Shown here piece after piece: positions 35,871 through 48,059 of a stretch of DNA of 64,000 nt; the stretch's first letter is position 1, and each line of letters starts with the position of its first letter. The notes beneath the pieces were generated by a model. It was not told the DNA's origin. It worked only from the letters and a program-made list of their open reading frames with translations, and ran no database searches. Location of the stretch: the NCBI GenBank assembly GCA_030390025.1, contig JASTWF010000035.1, forward strand, positions 806,001 through 870,000. Reading direction: 5' to 3'. A program made the position numbers and the translations under genes. Source of the DNA: Squalus acanthias (lineage: Eukaryota).

Positions 35871-35951
35871 GGGGTATGAGGAGTGATGTGCTGGAGTAGG
35901 CTTGAGAAGGCAGAGTGAGTGGGTGGGGTGATGCACACAGCAGGATGCAGG

Positions 35952-36205
35952 TTAATGTGCCACTGTACACACCTTTTCTGACATGGTTAGGTCATTAAAG
36001 AGCTTCCTGTGCTGCATCCAGGAGCGTGGCACTGCGCTCCTGCTGCTGACCTCCTCGGCAACCTCAAACCACCCCATCTTGGTTTGTGCCGCCGGTTTCT
36101 TCCTCTCATTGCTGGGGAATAGTATCTCCCTCCTCACAACCCCCAGCAGCACATCCAGGGGGCATCATTGAAACGGGGCGCAGCCTTTGCACATCTCGCT
36201 TCCAT
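35952..36205 (-). pseudogene. Degenerate Myb/SANT exon from an older Harbinger-type family
   Basis: RREILFP...WFEVAEEVSSRSAVPRSWMQHRKLFNDLT parallels exon 1 of the Myb gene. Confidence 0.65.
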
Positions 36206-36239
36206 TCCTCAACTTCCTCCTTTCTTCTTCAGAACAGCG

Positions 36240-36815
36240 ATACAAAGCCCTGGTTAGACCACACCTGGAGCACTGAGAGCAGTTCTGGGCACCACACCTT
36301 AGGAAGGATAGATTGATCTTGGAGGGAGTGCAGCGTAGGTTTACCAGAATGATACCCGGACTTCAAAAGTTAAATTACAAGGAGAGATTACACAAATTAG
36401 GGTTGTATTCCATGGAATTTAGAAGGTTAAGGGATGATTTGATCGAAGTTTTCAGGATATTAAGGGGAACAGATAGGGTAGATAGAGAGAAACTATTTCC
36501 GCTGGTTGGGGATTCTAGGACTAGGGGGTATAGTCTAAAAATTAGAGCCAGACCTTTCAGGAGTGAAATTAGGAAACACTTCTACACACAAAGGGTGGTA
36601 GAAGTTTGGAACACTCTTCCACAAACGGCAATTGATGCTAGATCAATTGTTAATTTTAAATCTGAGATTGATAGCTTTTTGTTAACCAAAGGTATTAAGG
36701 GATATGGGGCAAAGGCGGGTAGATGGAGTTAGGTCACAGATCAGCCATGATCTCATTGAATGGCGGAACAGGCTCGAGGGCTGAATGGCCTCCTCCTGTT
36801 CCTATGTTGCTATGA
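36240..36815 (+). mobile_element. CR1 LINE 3' end
   Basis: ORF 36313..36732 is a CR1 ORF2 C-terminus, followed by the 3' tail. Confidence 0.9.
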
Positions 36816-37189
36816 GTGCTCACGTGAGTGGTTATTGGGACCCACTGGTCTCATGGTAGTGGTGAATAGGAATAAAAACGTTAATCAGATGTTTCAGTGG
36901 TTCCTCGGTCTCGAGATTATTTAAAGGGGTCTGGATATGGATTATCCTGTAAAACCCAATGTATATTTAGCCTATTAGGGGCCAATAAGCTAACACTAAC
37001 CTGCCAGTCAGTCACAACATTGGAGCAGCGACCGGCCCCTGGGTGAATGCGAAAGGGCCGGACACTGCAGGCCGGACACTGCAGGCCGGGGACTGGTGTT
37101 TGAAGGTGATCCAACTCTGGGATTGATTTCCGTTTGTTTGCTATAAGTGTACCATGAAACTGGAGTAATAATCACTGCACCCTGAAACC

Positions 37190-37395
37190 ATAGTAATAAA
37201 CAGTGCACTGTGAACCCAGAGTAATAAACAGTGCACTGTGAACCCAGAGTAATAAACAGTGCACTGTGAACCCAGAGTAATAAACAGTGCACTGTGAACC
37301 CAGAGTAATAAACAGTGCACTGTGAACCCAGAGTAATAAACAGTGCACTGTGAACCCAGAGTAATAAACAGTGCACTGTGAACCCAGAGTAATAA
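37190..37395. repeat. Minisatellite, 28-bp unit GTAATAAACAGTGCACTGTGAACCCAGA, ~7 copies
   Basis: Perfect tandem copies visible. Confidence 0.95.
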
Positions 37396-37449
37396 TTTGA
37401 CTGAATAAACACTCTCAGTGACGGGAGACATGGGCTGAAGCCAATATGT

Positions 37450-37910
37450 GTCAGCCGTGGCTCAGTTGCTAGCACTCTGGCCTCTGAGTCAGAAGGTTGT
37501 GGGTTCGAGTCCCACTCCAGAAACCTGAGCACATAAAGCTAGGCTGACACTCCAGTGCAGTGCTGAGGGAGCGCCGCACTGTCAGAGGTGCCGTCTTTTG
37601 GATGAGACGTTAAACCGAGGCCCCGTCTGCTCTCTCAGGTGGACGTAAAAGATCCCATGGCACTATTTCAAAGAAGAATAGGGGAGTTATCCCTGGTGTC
37701 CTGGCCAATATTTATTCCTTAACCAAAACAGATTATTTGGTCATTTTCACATTGCTGTTTGTGGGAGCTTGCTGTGCGCAAATTGGCTGCCGCGTTTCCT
37801 ACATTACAACAGTGACTCCACTTCAAAAAGTACTTCATTGGCTGAAAAGCACTTTGGAACGTCCGGTGGTTTGAAAGGCGCTATAGAAATGCAAGTCTTT
37901 CTTTCTTTAA
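37450..37910 (+). mobile_element. tRNA-derived SINE of DeuSINE type (SacSINE1-like)
   Basis: A box TGGCTCAGTTG, B box GGTTCGAGTCC; central domain GATGAGACGTTAAACCGAGGCCCCGTCTG; tail GGCGCTATAGAAATGCAAGTCTTTCTTT. Confidence 0.8.
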
Positions 37911-38189
37911 GTAGTTTTATTTATGAGACACAAAATGAACAGAGCAGAGTTTAACTCATTCCGGTTTCCCGACACTTCTCCATATATAAGCAGGCAGCTC
38001 CCTTTCTCGCTAACACAGAGGGTAGAATTTCCGTGAGAGTTCTCCCGATCTCCCACCGTTACTCCTGCGGGCGATCGGCGGGGCGAGTGATCATTGCTGT
38101 TCCTCAGATTTCCATTGAACTTCCGCTGAGGTTACAGCAGGAGATCGGGAGAACCCTGGTTATATTGGTGGTGTTATGTAGAAGGGAAT

Positions 38190-38985
38190 TTTTTGCATTC
38201 ATTCATGGGATGTGGGCGTCGCTGGCAAGGCCAGCATTTATTGCCCATCCCTAATTGCCCTTGAGAAGGTGGTGGTGAGCTGCCTTCTTGAACCGCTACG
38301 GTCCATGTGGTGAAGGTACTCCCACAGTGCTGTTAGGGAGGGAGTTCCAGGATTTTGACCCAGCGACGATGAAGGATCGGCGATATACTTCCAAGTCAGG
38401 ATGGTGTGTGACTTGGAGGGGAACTTGGAGGTGGTGGTGTTCCCCTGTGTCTGATGCCCTTGTCCTTCTAGGTGGAAGAGGCCGCGGGTTTGGGAGGTGC
38501 TGCCGAAGAAGCCTTGGTGAGTTGCTGCAGTGCATCTTGTAGATGGTACACACTGCAGCCACGGTACGCCGGTGGTGGAGGGAGTGAATGGTTAAGGTGG
38601 TGGATGGGGTGCCAATCAAGCGGGCTGCTTTGTCCTGGATTGTATCGAGCTTCTTGAGTACTGTTGGAGCTGCACTCATCCAGGCAAGTGGTGAGTATTC
38701 CATCACACTCCTTACTTGTGCCTTGTAGATGAGGAACTCCTGCAGTGATGTCCTGGAGCTGAGATGATTGGCCTCCAACAACCACAACCATCTTCCGTTG
38801 TGCTAGGTATGACTCCAGCCAGTGGAGAAACTTTCCCCTGATTTCCATTGACTTCAATTTTACTCGGGCTCCTTGATGCCACATTTGGTCAAATGCAGCC
38901 TTGATGTCAAGGGCAGTCACTCTCACCTCACCTCATCTCAGGAATTTAGCTCTTTTGTCCATGTTTGGACCATGGCTGTAATGTT
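38190..38985 (-). mobile_element. LINE RT C-terminal fragment (CR1 group, different family), internally deleted
   Basis: ALDIKAAFD, YKAQVRSVMEY and SLHHRRTVAA motifs. Confidence 0.75.
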
Positions 38986-39137
38986 ATATATATGAGGTTG
39001 TGTTATATAGGTTGTGTTATATAGCAGGGTATATTATATATGAGGTTGTGCTATATAAGGGTGTTATATAGAAGGCTATATACGAGATTATGTTATATAG
39101 CAGGGAATGGAGGAGAGGGGAGGGGAGTGGAGGACAA

Positions 39138-40829
39138 GAACATAGGAACAAAAGAACATAAGAAATAGGAGCAGGAGTTGGTCATTTGGCCCCTCGAGCC
39201 TGTTCCACCATTCAATAAGATCATGGCTGATCTTCGACCTCATCTCCACTTTCCTGCACTATCCCCATATCCCTTGATTCCCTTAATATCCAAAAATCTA
39301 TCGATCTCAGTCTTGAATATACTCAACGACTGAGCCTCCACAGCCCTCTGGGGCAGAGAATTCCAAAGATTCACCACCCTCTGAGTGAAGAAATTTCTCC
39401 TCATCTCAGTCCTAAATGGCCGACCCCTTATTCTAAAACTGTTACCCCTGGTTCTAGACCCCCGAGACAAGGGAAACATCTTCCCTGCATCTACCCTGTC
39501 AAGCCCTGTAAAAATGTTGTATGTTTCAATGAGATCACCTCTCATTCTTCTAAACTCCAGAGAGTATAGGCCCATTCAAAACAATCTCTCCTCATAGGAC
39601 AATCCCCCCATCCCAGGAACTAGTCTGGTGAACCTTCGTTGCACTCCCTCTATGGCAAGTATATCCTTCCTTAGGTAAGGAGACCAAAACTGTACACAAT
39701 ACTGCAGGTGTGGTCTCACCAGAGCCCTGTATGATTGCAGTAAGACGTCTTTACTCCTATACTGAAATCCTCTTGTAATAAATATCATTTGCTTTCTTAA
39801 TTGCTTGCTGTACCTGCATGTTAACTTTCAGTGATTCATGTACAAGGACACCCAGGTCCCTCCGAACACCAACATTTCCCAATCTCTCACCATTTAAAAA
39901 ATACTCTGCTTTTCTATTTTTCCTACCAAAGTGGATAACTTCACATTTCTCCACATTATATTCCATTTGCCATGTTCTTGCCCACTCACTTAGCCTGTCT
40001 ATATCCCCTTGAAGCCTCCTTCAAGCTGATACCTGGGATGGCAGGAATGACATATGAGGAGAGATTGGGTCAATTGGGCTTGTACTCGCTGGAGTATAGA
40101 AGAATGAGAGGGGATCTCATCGAAACATATAAAATTCTGACAGGTCTGGACAAACTAGATGCAGGAAGAATGTTCCCGATGGTCGGAGAGTCCAGAACCA
40201 GGGGTCATAATCTAAGGATAAGGGGTAAGCCATTTAGGACAGAAATGAGGAAGAATTTCTTCACCCAGAGAGTGGTGAACCTGTGGAATTCTCTACCACA
40301 GAAGGTAGTTGAGGCCAAGTCATTAAATATATTCAAGAATGAGTTAGATATATTTCTTAAAGCTAAAGGTATCAAGGGATTTGGGGAGAAGGCAGGTACA
40401 GGGTACTGAATTTGGATGATCAGCCATGATCTCATCGAATGGCGGAGCAGGCTCGAGGGGCCGAATGGCCTACTCCTGCTCCTATCTTCTATGTCTATGT
40501 TTCTATGTTTCCTTGCATCCTCCTCACAACTTACATTCCCACCCAGCTTTGTATCATCAGCAAACTTGGATATATTACATTTGGTCCCCTCATCCAAATC
40601 ATTGATGCAGATTGTGAATAGCTGAGGCCCAAGCACTGATCCTTGCGGTATTCCACTAGTTACAGCCTGCCAACCCGAAAATGACCCGTTTATTCCTACT
40701 CTCTGTTTTCTGTCCATTAACTCAATCCTCAATCCATGCTAGTATATTACCCCCAATCCCATGAGCCCTAATTTTGTTTAATAACCTCTTGTGTGGCACC
40801 TCATCGAATGCCTTCTGAAAATCCAAATA
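39138..40829 (-). mobile_element. CR1 LINE (minus strand) with a plus-strand CR1 3' end nested at ~40021-40510
   Basis: ORFs 39240..39966 and 40205..40732 (minus) and 39972..40409 (plus). Confidence 0.88.
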
Positions 40830-42990
40830 CAGGAAACTCTCGTTTAAACAGCACCTAAATATCTGGAATTCTCGATTAACCGGCAAAATTCATACTCCGA
40901 AAACTCCTCTCCAATAACCGGCAATGTTGCCGAGTCCGAGTCCGAGTCTCCCGCAAACGCCGAGTTAGTCAGTGGGGGTAGTTCTCCAAAGTGCCACTAC
41001 TCGGCTTCCTGGCGCTGTCGGAAGTCCGAACACTGCAATAACAGGAGTCTGATTCTCCCGCGCTGCCAGGAGTCTCTTCTGATCCGTCATTTTACTGTGT
41101 GTCTCCCGCGCTGCCGGGAGTCTCTTCCTAGCCACCATTTTACTGTGTGTCTCTCCACCTTTATCGGGAATTATCTCCCCCATCTTGCATTATGGAATTC
41201 CCAAAAGCTGGTCCAAGCAAAAGGAAGAGAGTGGTCTTAACTTTAAAACAGAAAATCGAGATATGCCAACGACTAGAAAGGGGAGAGAAGCGTATCAACA
41301 TTATGAATGAATTCAAAATCGGTTCGTCAACAATCTACGACATCAAATCGCAGAAGGATAAGCTGCTCAAGTTTTATTCAAGCTCGGAGACATGCAAGAG
41401 TGTAGAGAAACGGCGTACGCTTCGTAAGCCTAAGCTTGAAGAGCTGGATACCGTGCTTTATGAATGGTTTTCTCTTAAGCGTTCAGAGGGTGTTCCAATT
41501 TCTGGACCCATGCTAATCGAGAAAGCGAAGGATTTCTACGAAAGGATGGAGCTCACTGACAAGTGTGCTTTCTCCGAGGGATGGCTAACGTGCTTCAAGT
41601 TACGGCACGAGATACGACGACTCGATATTTCCGGGGAGAAGAAATCAGCTGATCACGACGCCGCAGAAGAATACTGCGATTATTTCAATCGGATTGTGCA
41701 GCAACATGATTTGTCGCCAGCACAGATATACAATGCCGATGAAACTGGCTTGTTTTGGAGGTTTTTGCCAGAATCAACGCTTGCTGGGGCTAGTGAGGCT
41801 AATGCTTCAGGTTACAAGAAAAATAAAGATTGTGTAACCGTGCTAACATGTGCGAACGCTGCTGGATCACACCGGGTTAAACTTCTTGTTATTGGGAAGT
41901 ATAAAAATCCCCGTGCATTTAAAAATGTGAGGCACTTACCTGTTGAGTACAAAGATCAAAAAAATGCTTGGATGGATAAGGAAATCTTCTCCGATTGGTT
42001 CCATCATATTTTTGTTCCATCTGTGAGGGAACATTTCCGTAAAATAGGGAAACCTGAAGATAGCAAATGCATTTTATTGCTTGATAATTGTAGAGCCCAT
42101 CCGCATGAATCCGAGTTGGTTTCGGGAAATATTTTCACCATTTATTTGCCACCAAATGTAACTTCTCTCATACAACCCATGGACCAGGGCGTTATCCAAA
42201 ATCTGAAGTGTCATTACAAGAAAGACTTCCTACGTAAACTGATAAACCAAGATGACAATATTCACGCATTTCAGAAGGAATACAATATTAAAGATGCCAT
42301 CTATAATGTTGCATGTTCCTGGAACTTGGTGAAAGGTCACACTCTGAGGCAAGCCTGGCGCAAATTGTGGCCTTTTGTAATGTTTGCTGAAGGTTCTTCT
42401 TCAGAGGAGGAATTTCATGGGTTCAGTGTACGTCCCAAGAAGAGTACAATAATGGAAATGGCTGGAATGGTGAAAAATGTAGGCCCAGCAAACCCTCTAC
42501 GTCACCTCAGTGAAAGTGATATTGAGCAGTGGGTTGATGCAGATAGAGAAGTTGGTGTTGTGCATATGCTAAGTGATGATGAAATAATTGAGAGTGTTTT
42601 GAATTCAAAGAAAGAAAAGGAAAGTGAGATGGAAAGTGAAGAGGATGAGATTTCTGAAGAGAACAAGATTTCTTGGGCTAAAGCTGCAATTTTCTTCAAT
42701 CCTCCAATTTGCTGAAAGGCAGCCTTGCTACTCTGCCCAAGAAGTTATGCAACTCCATATTCTGCATTCCACGTTTCTACAGAAAAGGCAAGAGTCCACA
42801 AAGCAAACCGACATCCGGGACATGTTTAAGAAAGCTTCCAAAAGAGTTGAAGCAGCGAAAGTGCCTGAAGAATCTGTGGAATCTGTGGAAATGCATGTTC
42901 CTGATGACCCAGCTGGCACGGATATTCCTGATGAACCAGCTGACTCGGAATAAGTGTACAGTCAACTACAGTACTGTATACAGTCATTTA
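40830..42990 (+). mobile_element. Tigger/pogo DNA transposon; right end not visible (CR1 tail follows at ~42990-43128)
   Basis: TA followed by CAGGAAACTCTCG is a candidate left TIR; the transposase lies downstream. Confidence 0.75.
41192..42953 (+). CDS. Tigger/Jerky-like transposase (HTH-psq, CENP-B HTH, DD32D triad); C-terminal frameshift near 42690
   Basis: [41 protein letters not shown] and QPMDQGVI motifs. Confidence 0.9.
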
Positions 42991-43137
42991 TTTTTGTTAT
43001 CCAAAGGTATTCAGGGATATGGGGCAAAGGTGGGTATATGGAGTTAGGTCGCAGATCAGCCATGATCTCATTGAATGGCGGAACAAGCTCAAGGAGCTGA
43101 ATGGCCTCCTCCTGTTCCTATGTTGCTATATTTCTAT

Positions 43138-43780
43138 GAGAGGGGAGTGGAGTGGATGAGAAGGGAGGGGAGGGGGGGAGGCAGCGGAGAAGAGCGGAGA
43201 GGGGAGGGGAGGGGAGGGTAGCAGGGAGGAGAGGGGAGCAGGGGAGAGGGGAGCGGGAGAGGGGGCAGCGGGGGAGAGGGGACCGGGGGAGAGGGGAGCG
43301 GGGGAGAGGGGAGCTGGGGAGAGGGGAGCGGGGGAGGGAGGAGCGGAGGAGAGAGGAGCGGAGAAAAGAGGTGTGGAGAGGGGGAGGGGGAGGAGGACGA
43401 GAGACGGGGAGGAGGAGGGGGGGGAGAGGGAGGGAAGAGGGAGAGGGGGAGGGGGAGGGGGAGGAGGAGGGAGAGGGGGGGGGGAGAGGGAGAGGGGGAG
43501 GGGGAGAGGGGGAGGGGGAGGGGGAGGGGGAGGGAGAGGGGGAGGGGGTGAGGGAGAGGCTGAGGGGGAGGGGGAGGGGGAGGGGGAGGGAGAGGGGGAG
43601 GGGAGGGGGAGGGGGAGGGAGAGGGGAAAAGAGGTGTGGAGAGGGGAGGGGGAGGGGGAGGGGGAGGGGGAGGGGAGAGGGGGAGGGGGAGGGGGAGGGG
43701 AGGGAGAGGGGGAGGGGGAGGGGGAGGGGGAGGGGGAGCGGGAGGGGGAGGGAGAGGGGAGAGGGAGGGGACGGGAGGTG
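43138..43780. repeat. Polypurine (GGGGA/GGGGGA)n low-complexity tract
   Basis: About 640 nt almost entirely G/A on the plus strand. Confidence 0.95.
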
Positions 43781-43855
43781 GGAGGCTCAGAGCAGCTATT
43801 TCGAGTTGCACTCCATGTGTTGCTCTAAGGACTGCCTGGGAGGAATCACATTCCA

Positions 43856-44059
43856 TTAACTTGTCTCTCCAGTTGTCCTCTTGTCGAGGCCGGTGAGCGA
43901 CTCACTGACGTCCCACAGCTTTTTAGCTAAGGCTTGGTCTTGAGCTGTTGGACAGGGCAGCGCGAGAGAGCAGTCGCTGTCGATGTACTTCCCACTGACA
44001 CCTTCCATTTCCTTGGACACAGCACAATAGATGGTGCTCACGGCTCCTTCCTCGGCAGA
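43856..44059 (-). CDS. Last coding exon of a host SDR-family gene (retinol dehydrogenase 11/12/13- or DHRS13-like)
   Basis: Acceptor TTCTCTGCGTTCCAG| then SAEEGAVSTIYCAVSKEMEGVSGKYIDSDC...AKKLWDVSESLTGL...stop; phase 0 matches the upstream exon. Confidence 0.85.
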   Translation of the reverse strand, partial: SAEEGAVSTIYCAVSKEMEGVSGKYIDSDCSLALPCPTAQDQALAKKLWDVSESLTGLDKRTTGETS

Positions 44060-44136
44060 CTGGAACGCAGAGAATTGCAGAACGTCAAACAAAACATCAA
44101 GAAGTCAATGTGCTCGACCATTCTCTTCAATTCAGA

Positions 44137-44700
44137 ACAGTGAAGGGAGTGGTGTACAGTGAAGGGAGAGGTGTACAGTGAAGGGAGAGGAGTACAGTGA
44201 AGGGAGAGGTGTACAGGGAGCGGAGAGGAGTACAGTGAAGGGAGAGGAGTACAGTTAAGGGAGAGGTGTACAGTGAAGGGAGAGGTGTACAGTGAAGGGA
44301 GAGGAGTACAATGAAGGGAGAGGAGTACAGCGAAGGGAGAGGTGTACAGTGAAGGGAGAGGAGTACAGTTAAGGGAGAGGTGTACAGTGAAGGGAGAGGT
44401 GTACAGTGAAGGGAGAGGAGTACAGTTAAGGGAGAGGTGTACAGTGAAGGGAGAGGTGTACAGTGAAGGGAGAGGAGTACAGTGAAGGGAGAGGTGTACA
44501 GTGAAGGGAGAGGTGTACAGTGAAGGGAGAGGTGCACAGTGAAGGGAGAGGAGTACAGTGAAGGGAGAGGTGTACAGTGAAGGGAGAGGTGTACATGAAG
44601 GGAGAGGTGTACAGTGAAGGGAGAGGTGTACAGTGAAGGGAGAGGTGCACAGTGAAGGGAGAGGTGTACATGAAGGGAGATGTGTACAGTGAAGGGAGAG
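44137..44700. repeat. Minisatellite, 19-bp unit G(T/A)GTACAGTGAAGGGAGAG, ~29 copies
   Basis: Tandem copies visible, lying ~80 nt into the intron from the acceptor of the last exon. Confidence 0.95.
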
Positions 44701-46620
44701 GCAGTGGCGATATTGGATAGGATAAAAATAGATAAAGAAGAGGCACTTAAAAGTTTGGCAGTCCTCAAAGTAGAAAGGTCACCTGGTCCGGATGGGATGC
44801 ATCCTAGGTTACTGAGGGAAGTATGGGTGGAAATTGCAGAGGTTCAGGCCACAATCTTCCAATCCTCCTTCGATATGGGAGTGGTGCCAGAGGACTGGAG
44901 GATTGCAAATGTTACACCGCTGTTCAAAAAAGGGGAGAAGGATAAACCCAGTAACTACAGGCCAGTCAGCCTAACGTCAGTGGTGGGAAAACTTTCAGAG
45001 ACAATAATCCGGGACTAAATTAATTGGCATTTGGAAAAATATGGGTTAATAAATGAAAGCCAGCACGGATCTGCTAAAGGCTAATGGTGTTTGATAACTT
45101 GATCGAGTTCTTTGATGAATTAACGGAGAGAGTGGATGAGGGGAGTGCGGTTGATGTTGTGTATATGGACTTTCAAAAGGCCATTGATAAAGTACCAACC
45201 AGGACACAACTAACCGAACACCCTGCTATTTCTTGAGGACGGTATTAGGATCACTGCTATTTCTGATATATATTAATGACCTGGACTTCGATTTACAGGG
45301 CATCATTACAAAGTTTGTAGATGACACAAAATTGGGCGGCTTATACCCAGGCAGTGAGTAGAAAATCTACCCCATAGAGTACAAGAGTGGAGATGCAGTG
45401 GTGAATCTGTAGAAAACCTTAGTAAGCCCACAGTGGAGGACTGTGTGCAGTTGTGGGCTCCACACGATAGGAAGGATGTTGAGGGAACAGCACGGATTCA
45501 CTAGGATGCTGCTAGGTTTCAGGAAATACAAATACGGAGAAAGATCTGAAAAACAGAGGCTGTTTTCATTAGAACAGAGGAGGTTACAGGGCGATATGAT
45601 AGAGGTAATGCAACAGAGTAGATAGAAACAGGTTGTCATCGATGGTTGAGGGGTCGAGAACAAGGTGCTACAGATTCAAGGGCAGGAGAAACATTGGCCC
45701 AAAAATTAGTCTTGCTACGCGAGAGTACGCACTGTGTACTCTCGCGTATTCTGTCTCCAATTGCCGGTTTTCTGCATGCACTGCGCATGCGCTGAAAACC
45801 GGCACTTGGTGAATGGAAAAGGGGGCGGGTCCTAGGTGCACCGTGTGCGCGCTACAGGCTGCGCGCACGCTGTGCACTTAGTGGTTTCAACGCGCACGCT
45901 GTGCACTTAGTGGTTTCAACGCGCAAGTAAGTACGGAAGATTCTACACATAAAAAAAGGAGGAGTAAGACCCACTTTTAACAAGGTAAGTAGTGAATTAA
46001 GTATTATTTTGAATTTTTTTTAACAGGTATATCTTTTTTAGAGACTTTAAAGACAGGTAAGTTTATTTTTATAACTTTTTAAAAGATTTTAAATTTTTTC
46101 AAAAATTTAATTTTTTATTTCAAATGGTTAATTTATTTAACTATACTTATTTTATTAATGTGATGGTTTTTTTAAAAAATTTAATTGAGGTTTAGCGGTT
46201 CCTTTGGGGGGCTATAGTATTCATAGCTTTCACAGCACTTATGTGAAAGTTATGAATGGAAGATGGTGTGCTGCCATTGGCTCTAACTGAGTCACGTGAT
46301 CTCACAGCTCGCACGAATTAACTACGCCGGTGGGATACGCAAGCCCAGCACAGCAGCTGTCCAGAACATCAAGTTCGTGCGAGCTGGAACTGAAAAAGCC
46401 AACGCGGAGTGAGAGATCGCGGGGAGGCCTTACCCTCGCACGAAGGCTTCCTCACGAATTTTTGGGCCATTGTTTGCACAGAGGGTTGTGAGGCTGTGGA
46501 ATGTACAACTGGAGTTAGTGACTGAAGCAGAGACCATGTCAACTGTTAAGAATAGGTTAGAGAGGTTGGTGAAGGAAAGGGGAATAAAGGAATGTAGGAA
46601 TAGGGTGGGCACATGGGATT
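44700..46620 (+). mobile_element. Degenerate CR1 fragments interrupted by a MITE
   Basis: SPGPDGMHPRLLREV, NYRPVSLTS and FAQRVVRLWN motifs. Confidence 0.75.
45696..46468. mobile_element. Non-autonomous Harbinger-type MITE
   Basis: Perfect TIR GGCCCAAAAATT...AATTTTTGGGCC; TSD ATT; AT-rich core. Confidence 0.85.
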
Positions 46621-46699
46621 CGGAAAGAAAGAACAAACTTGCTTTTATATAGCACCTTTCACAACCTCAGAATGTCTCAAAAGTGCTTCACAGTGCCAA

Positions 46700-47765
46700 T
46701 CCAGAGACTTGAGCACAAAATCTAGGCTGAGACTCGAGTGCAGTACTGAGGGAGAGCTGCACTGTCAGAAGGGCGGTACTGAGTGAGTGCCGCACTGTTG
46801 GAGGGGCGGTACTGGGGGAGCGCCGCACTGTCGGAGAGGCAGTACTGAGGGAGTGCCGCACTGTCAGAGGGGCGGTACTGAGGGAGTGCTTCACTGTCGG
46901 AGGGGCAGTACTGAGGGAGCGCCGTACTGTCGGAGGGGCGGTACTGAGGGAGCGCCGTACTGTCGGAGGGGCGGTACTGAGGGAGTGCTGCACTGTTGGA
47001 GGGGCAGTACTGAGGGAGTGCTGCACTGTTGGAGGGGCAGTACTGAGGGAGGGCCGCACTGTCGGAGGGGCGGTACTGAGGGAGTGCTGCACTGTTGGAG
47101 GGGTAGTACTGAGGGAGTGCTGCACTGTTGGAGGGGCAGTACTGAGGGAGCGCCGCACTGTCGGAGGGGCAGTACTGAGGGAGGGCCGCACTGTCAGAGG
47201 GGCGGTACTGAGGGAGTGCCGCACTGTCGGAGGGGCGGTACTGAGGGAGCGCTGCAGTGTTGGAGGGGCAGTACTGAGGGAGTGTCGCACTGTTGGAGGG
47301 GCAGTACTGACGGAGTGCTGCACTGTCGGAGGGGCAGTACTGAGGGAGTGCTGCACTATCAGAGGGGCAGTACTGAGGGAGCGCTGCACTGTCAGAGGGG
47401 CAGTACTGAGGGAGCGCTGCAGTGTCGGAGGGGCAGTAGAGAGGGAGCGCTGCACCGTCGGAGGTGCCATCTTTCAAATGAGACATTTTACAGAGTCCCC
47501 GTCTGCTCTCTCAGCTGCATGTAAAAGATCCCGTGGCACTATTCAAAGCAGAGCAGGGGAGTTCGCACTGGTGTTCTGGCCAATAATTATCCCTCAACCA
47601 ACATCAGTAAGAAAGAACTAATTTGGTCATTATCACGTTGCTGTTTGTGGGGGCTTGCTGTGTGCAAATTCCCTCATTACAACCGTGACTACACTTCAAT
47701 AGTAAAGCGCTTCGGGACGTCCTGAGGTCGTGCAAGGTGCCACATAAATCCAAGTTCCTCCTTTC
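46700..47765 (+). mobile_element. DeuSINE-type SINE with an internal 33-bp segment expanded to ~21 tandem copies (46740-47465)
   Basis: The unit (CAGTACTGAGGGAGYGCYGCACTGTCRGAGGGG) occurs once in the SINE at 37557-37590; the SINE body resumes at ~47465. Confidence 0.8.
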
Positions 47766-47861
47766 TTTATCCGAGCCAGGCACACTGAGAATCACCAGGC
47801 ACTCAGAGTTGCCCTTGGCATCGAGGCGGGCATGTGACTGATGCCTCTCGTGGGCACTGAC

Positions 47862-47971
47862 CTTGAAGAAGAAGATTCCAATCAGTTTGAAGATGACTCG
47901 TGAGCACAGATTGTAATTCCTCATCACCTCCGTCATCACCACTCCCGGATGAACAGCATTGACCGTCACAC
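47862..47971 (-). CDS. Penultimate coding exon of the same SDR gene
   Basis: CAG|GT-VTVNAVHPGVVMTEVMRN...IFFFK|GTCAGT; VxVNAVHPG is a classic SDR motif. Confidence 0.85.
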
Positions 47972-48059
47972 CTGCCAGTGTACAGAAAAGGCTTTAGGCA
48001 CGAGTCCAGCAGGGGGCGGAATTCCAAACACAACTCCTTATTTCAAAACAATCCCTCCC

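Noticed and set aside
37452..37520. tRNA-like sequence with A and B boxes
   Set aside because: It is the head of a SINE and continues into the SINE body; no proper acceptor stem.
37008..37532. ORFs with repeated hydrophobic motifs
   Set aside because: Produced by the 28-bp minisatellite.
38019..38160. Short palindromic element starting GGGTAGAATTTCC
   Set aside because: It resembles a MITE end, but I found no matching second TIR or TSD.
43134..43896. Long Pro-rich and Gly/Glu/Arg-rich ORFs
   Set aside because: They are translations of the GA low-complexity tract, open in several frames, with no coding signal.
44127..44768. ORFs with LHCTPLPSLY repeats
   Set aside because: Produced by the 19-bp minisatellite.
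46688..47524. Repetitive 245-260 aa ORFs and a CRISPR-like look
   Set aside because: Tandem 33-bp SINE-derived units with no unique spacers; eukaryotic context and no cas genes.
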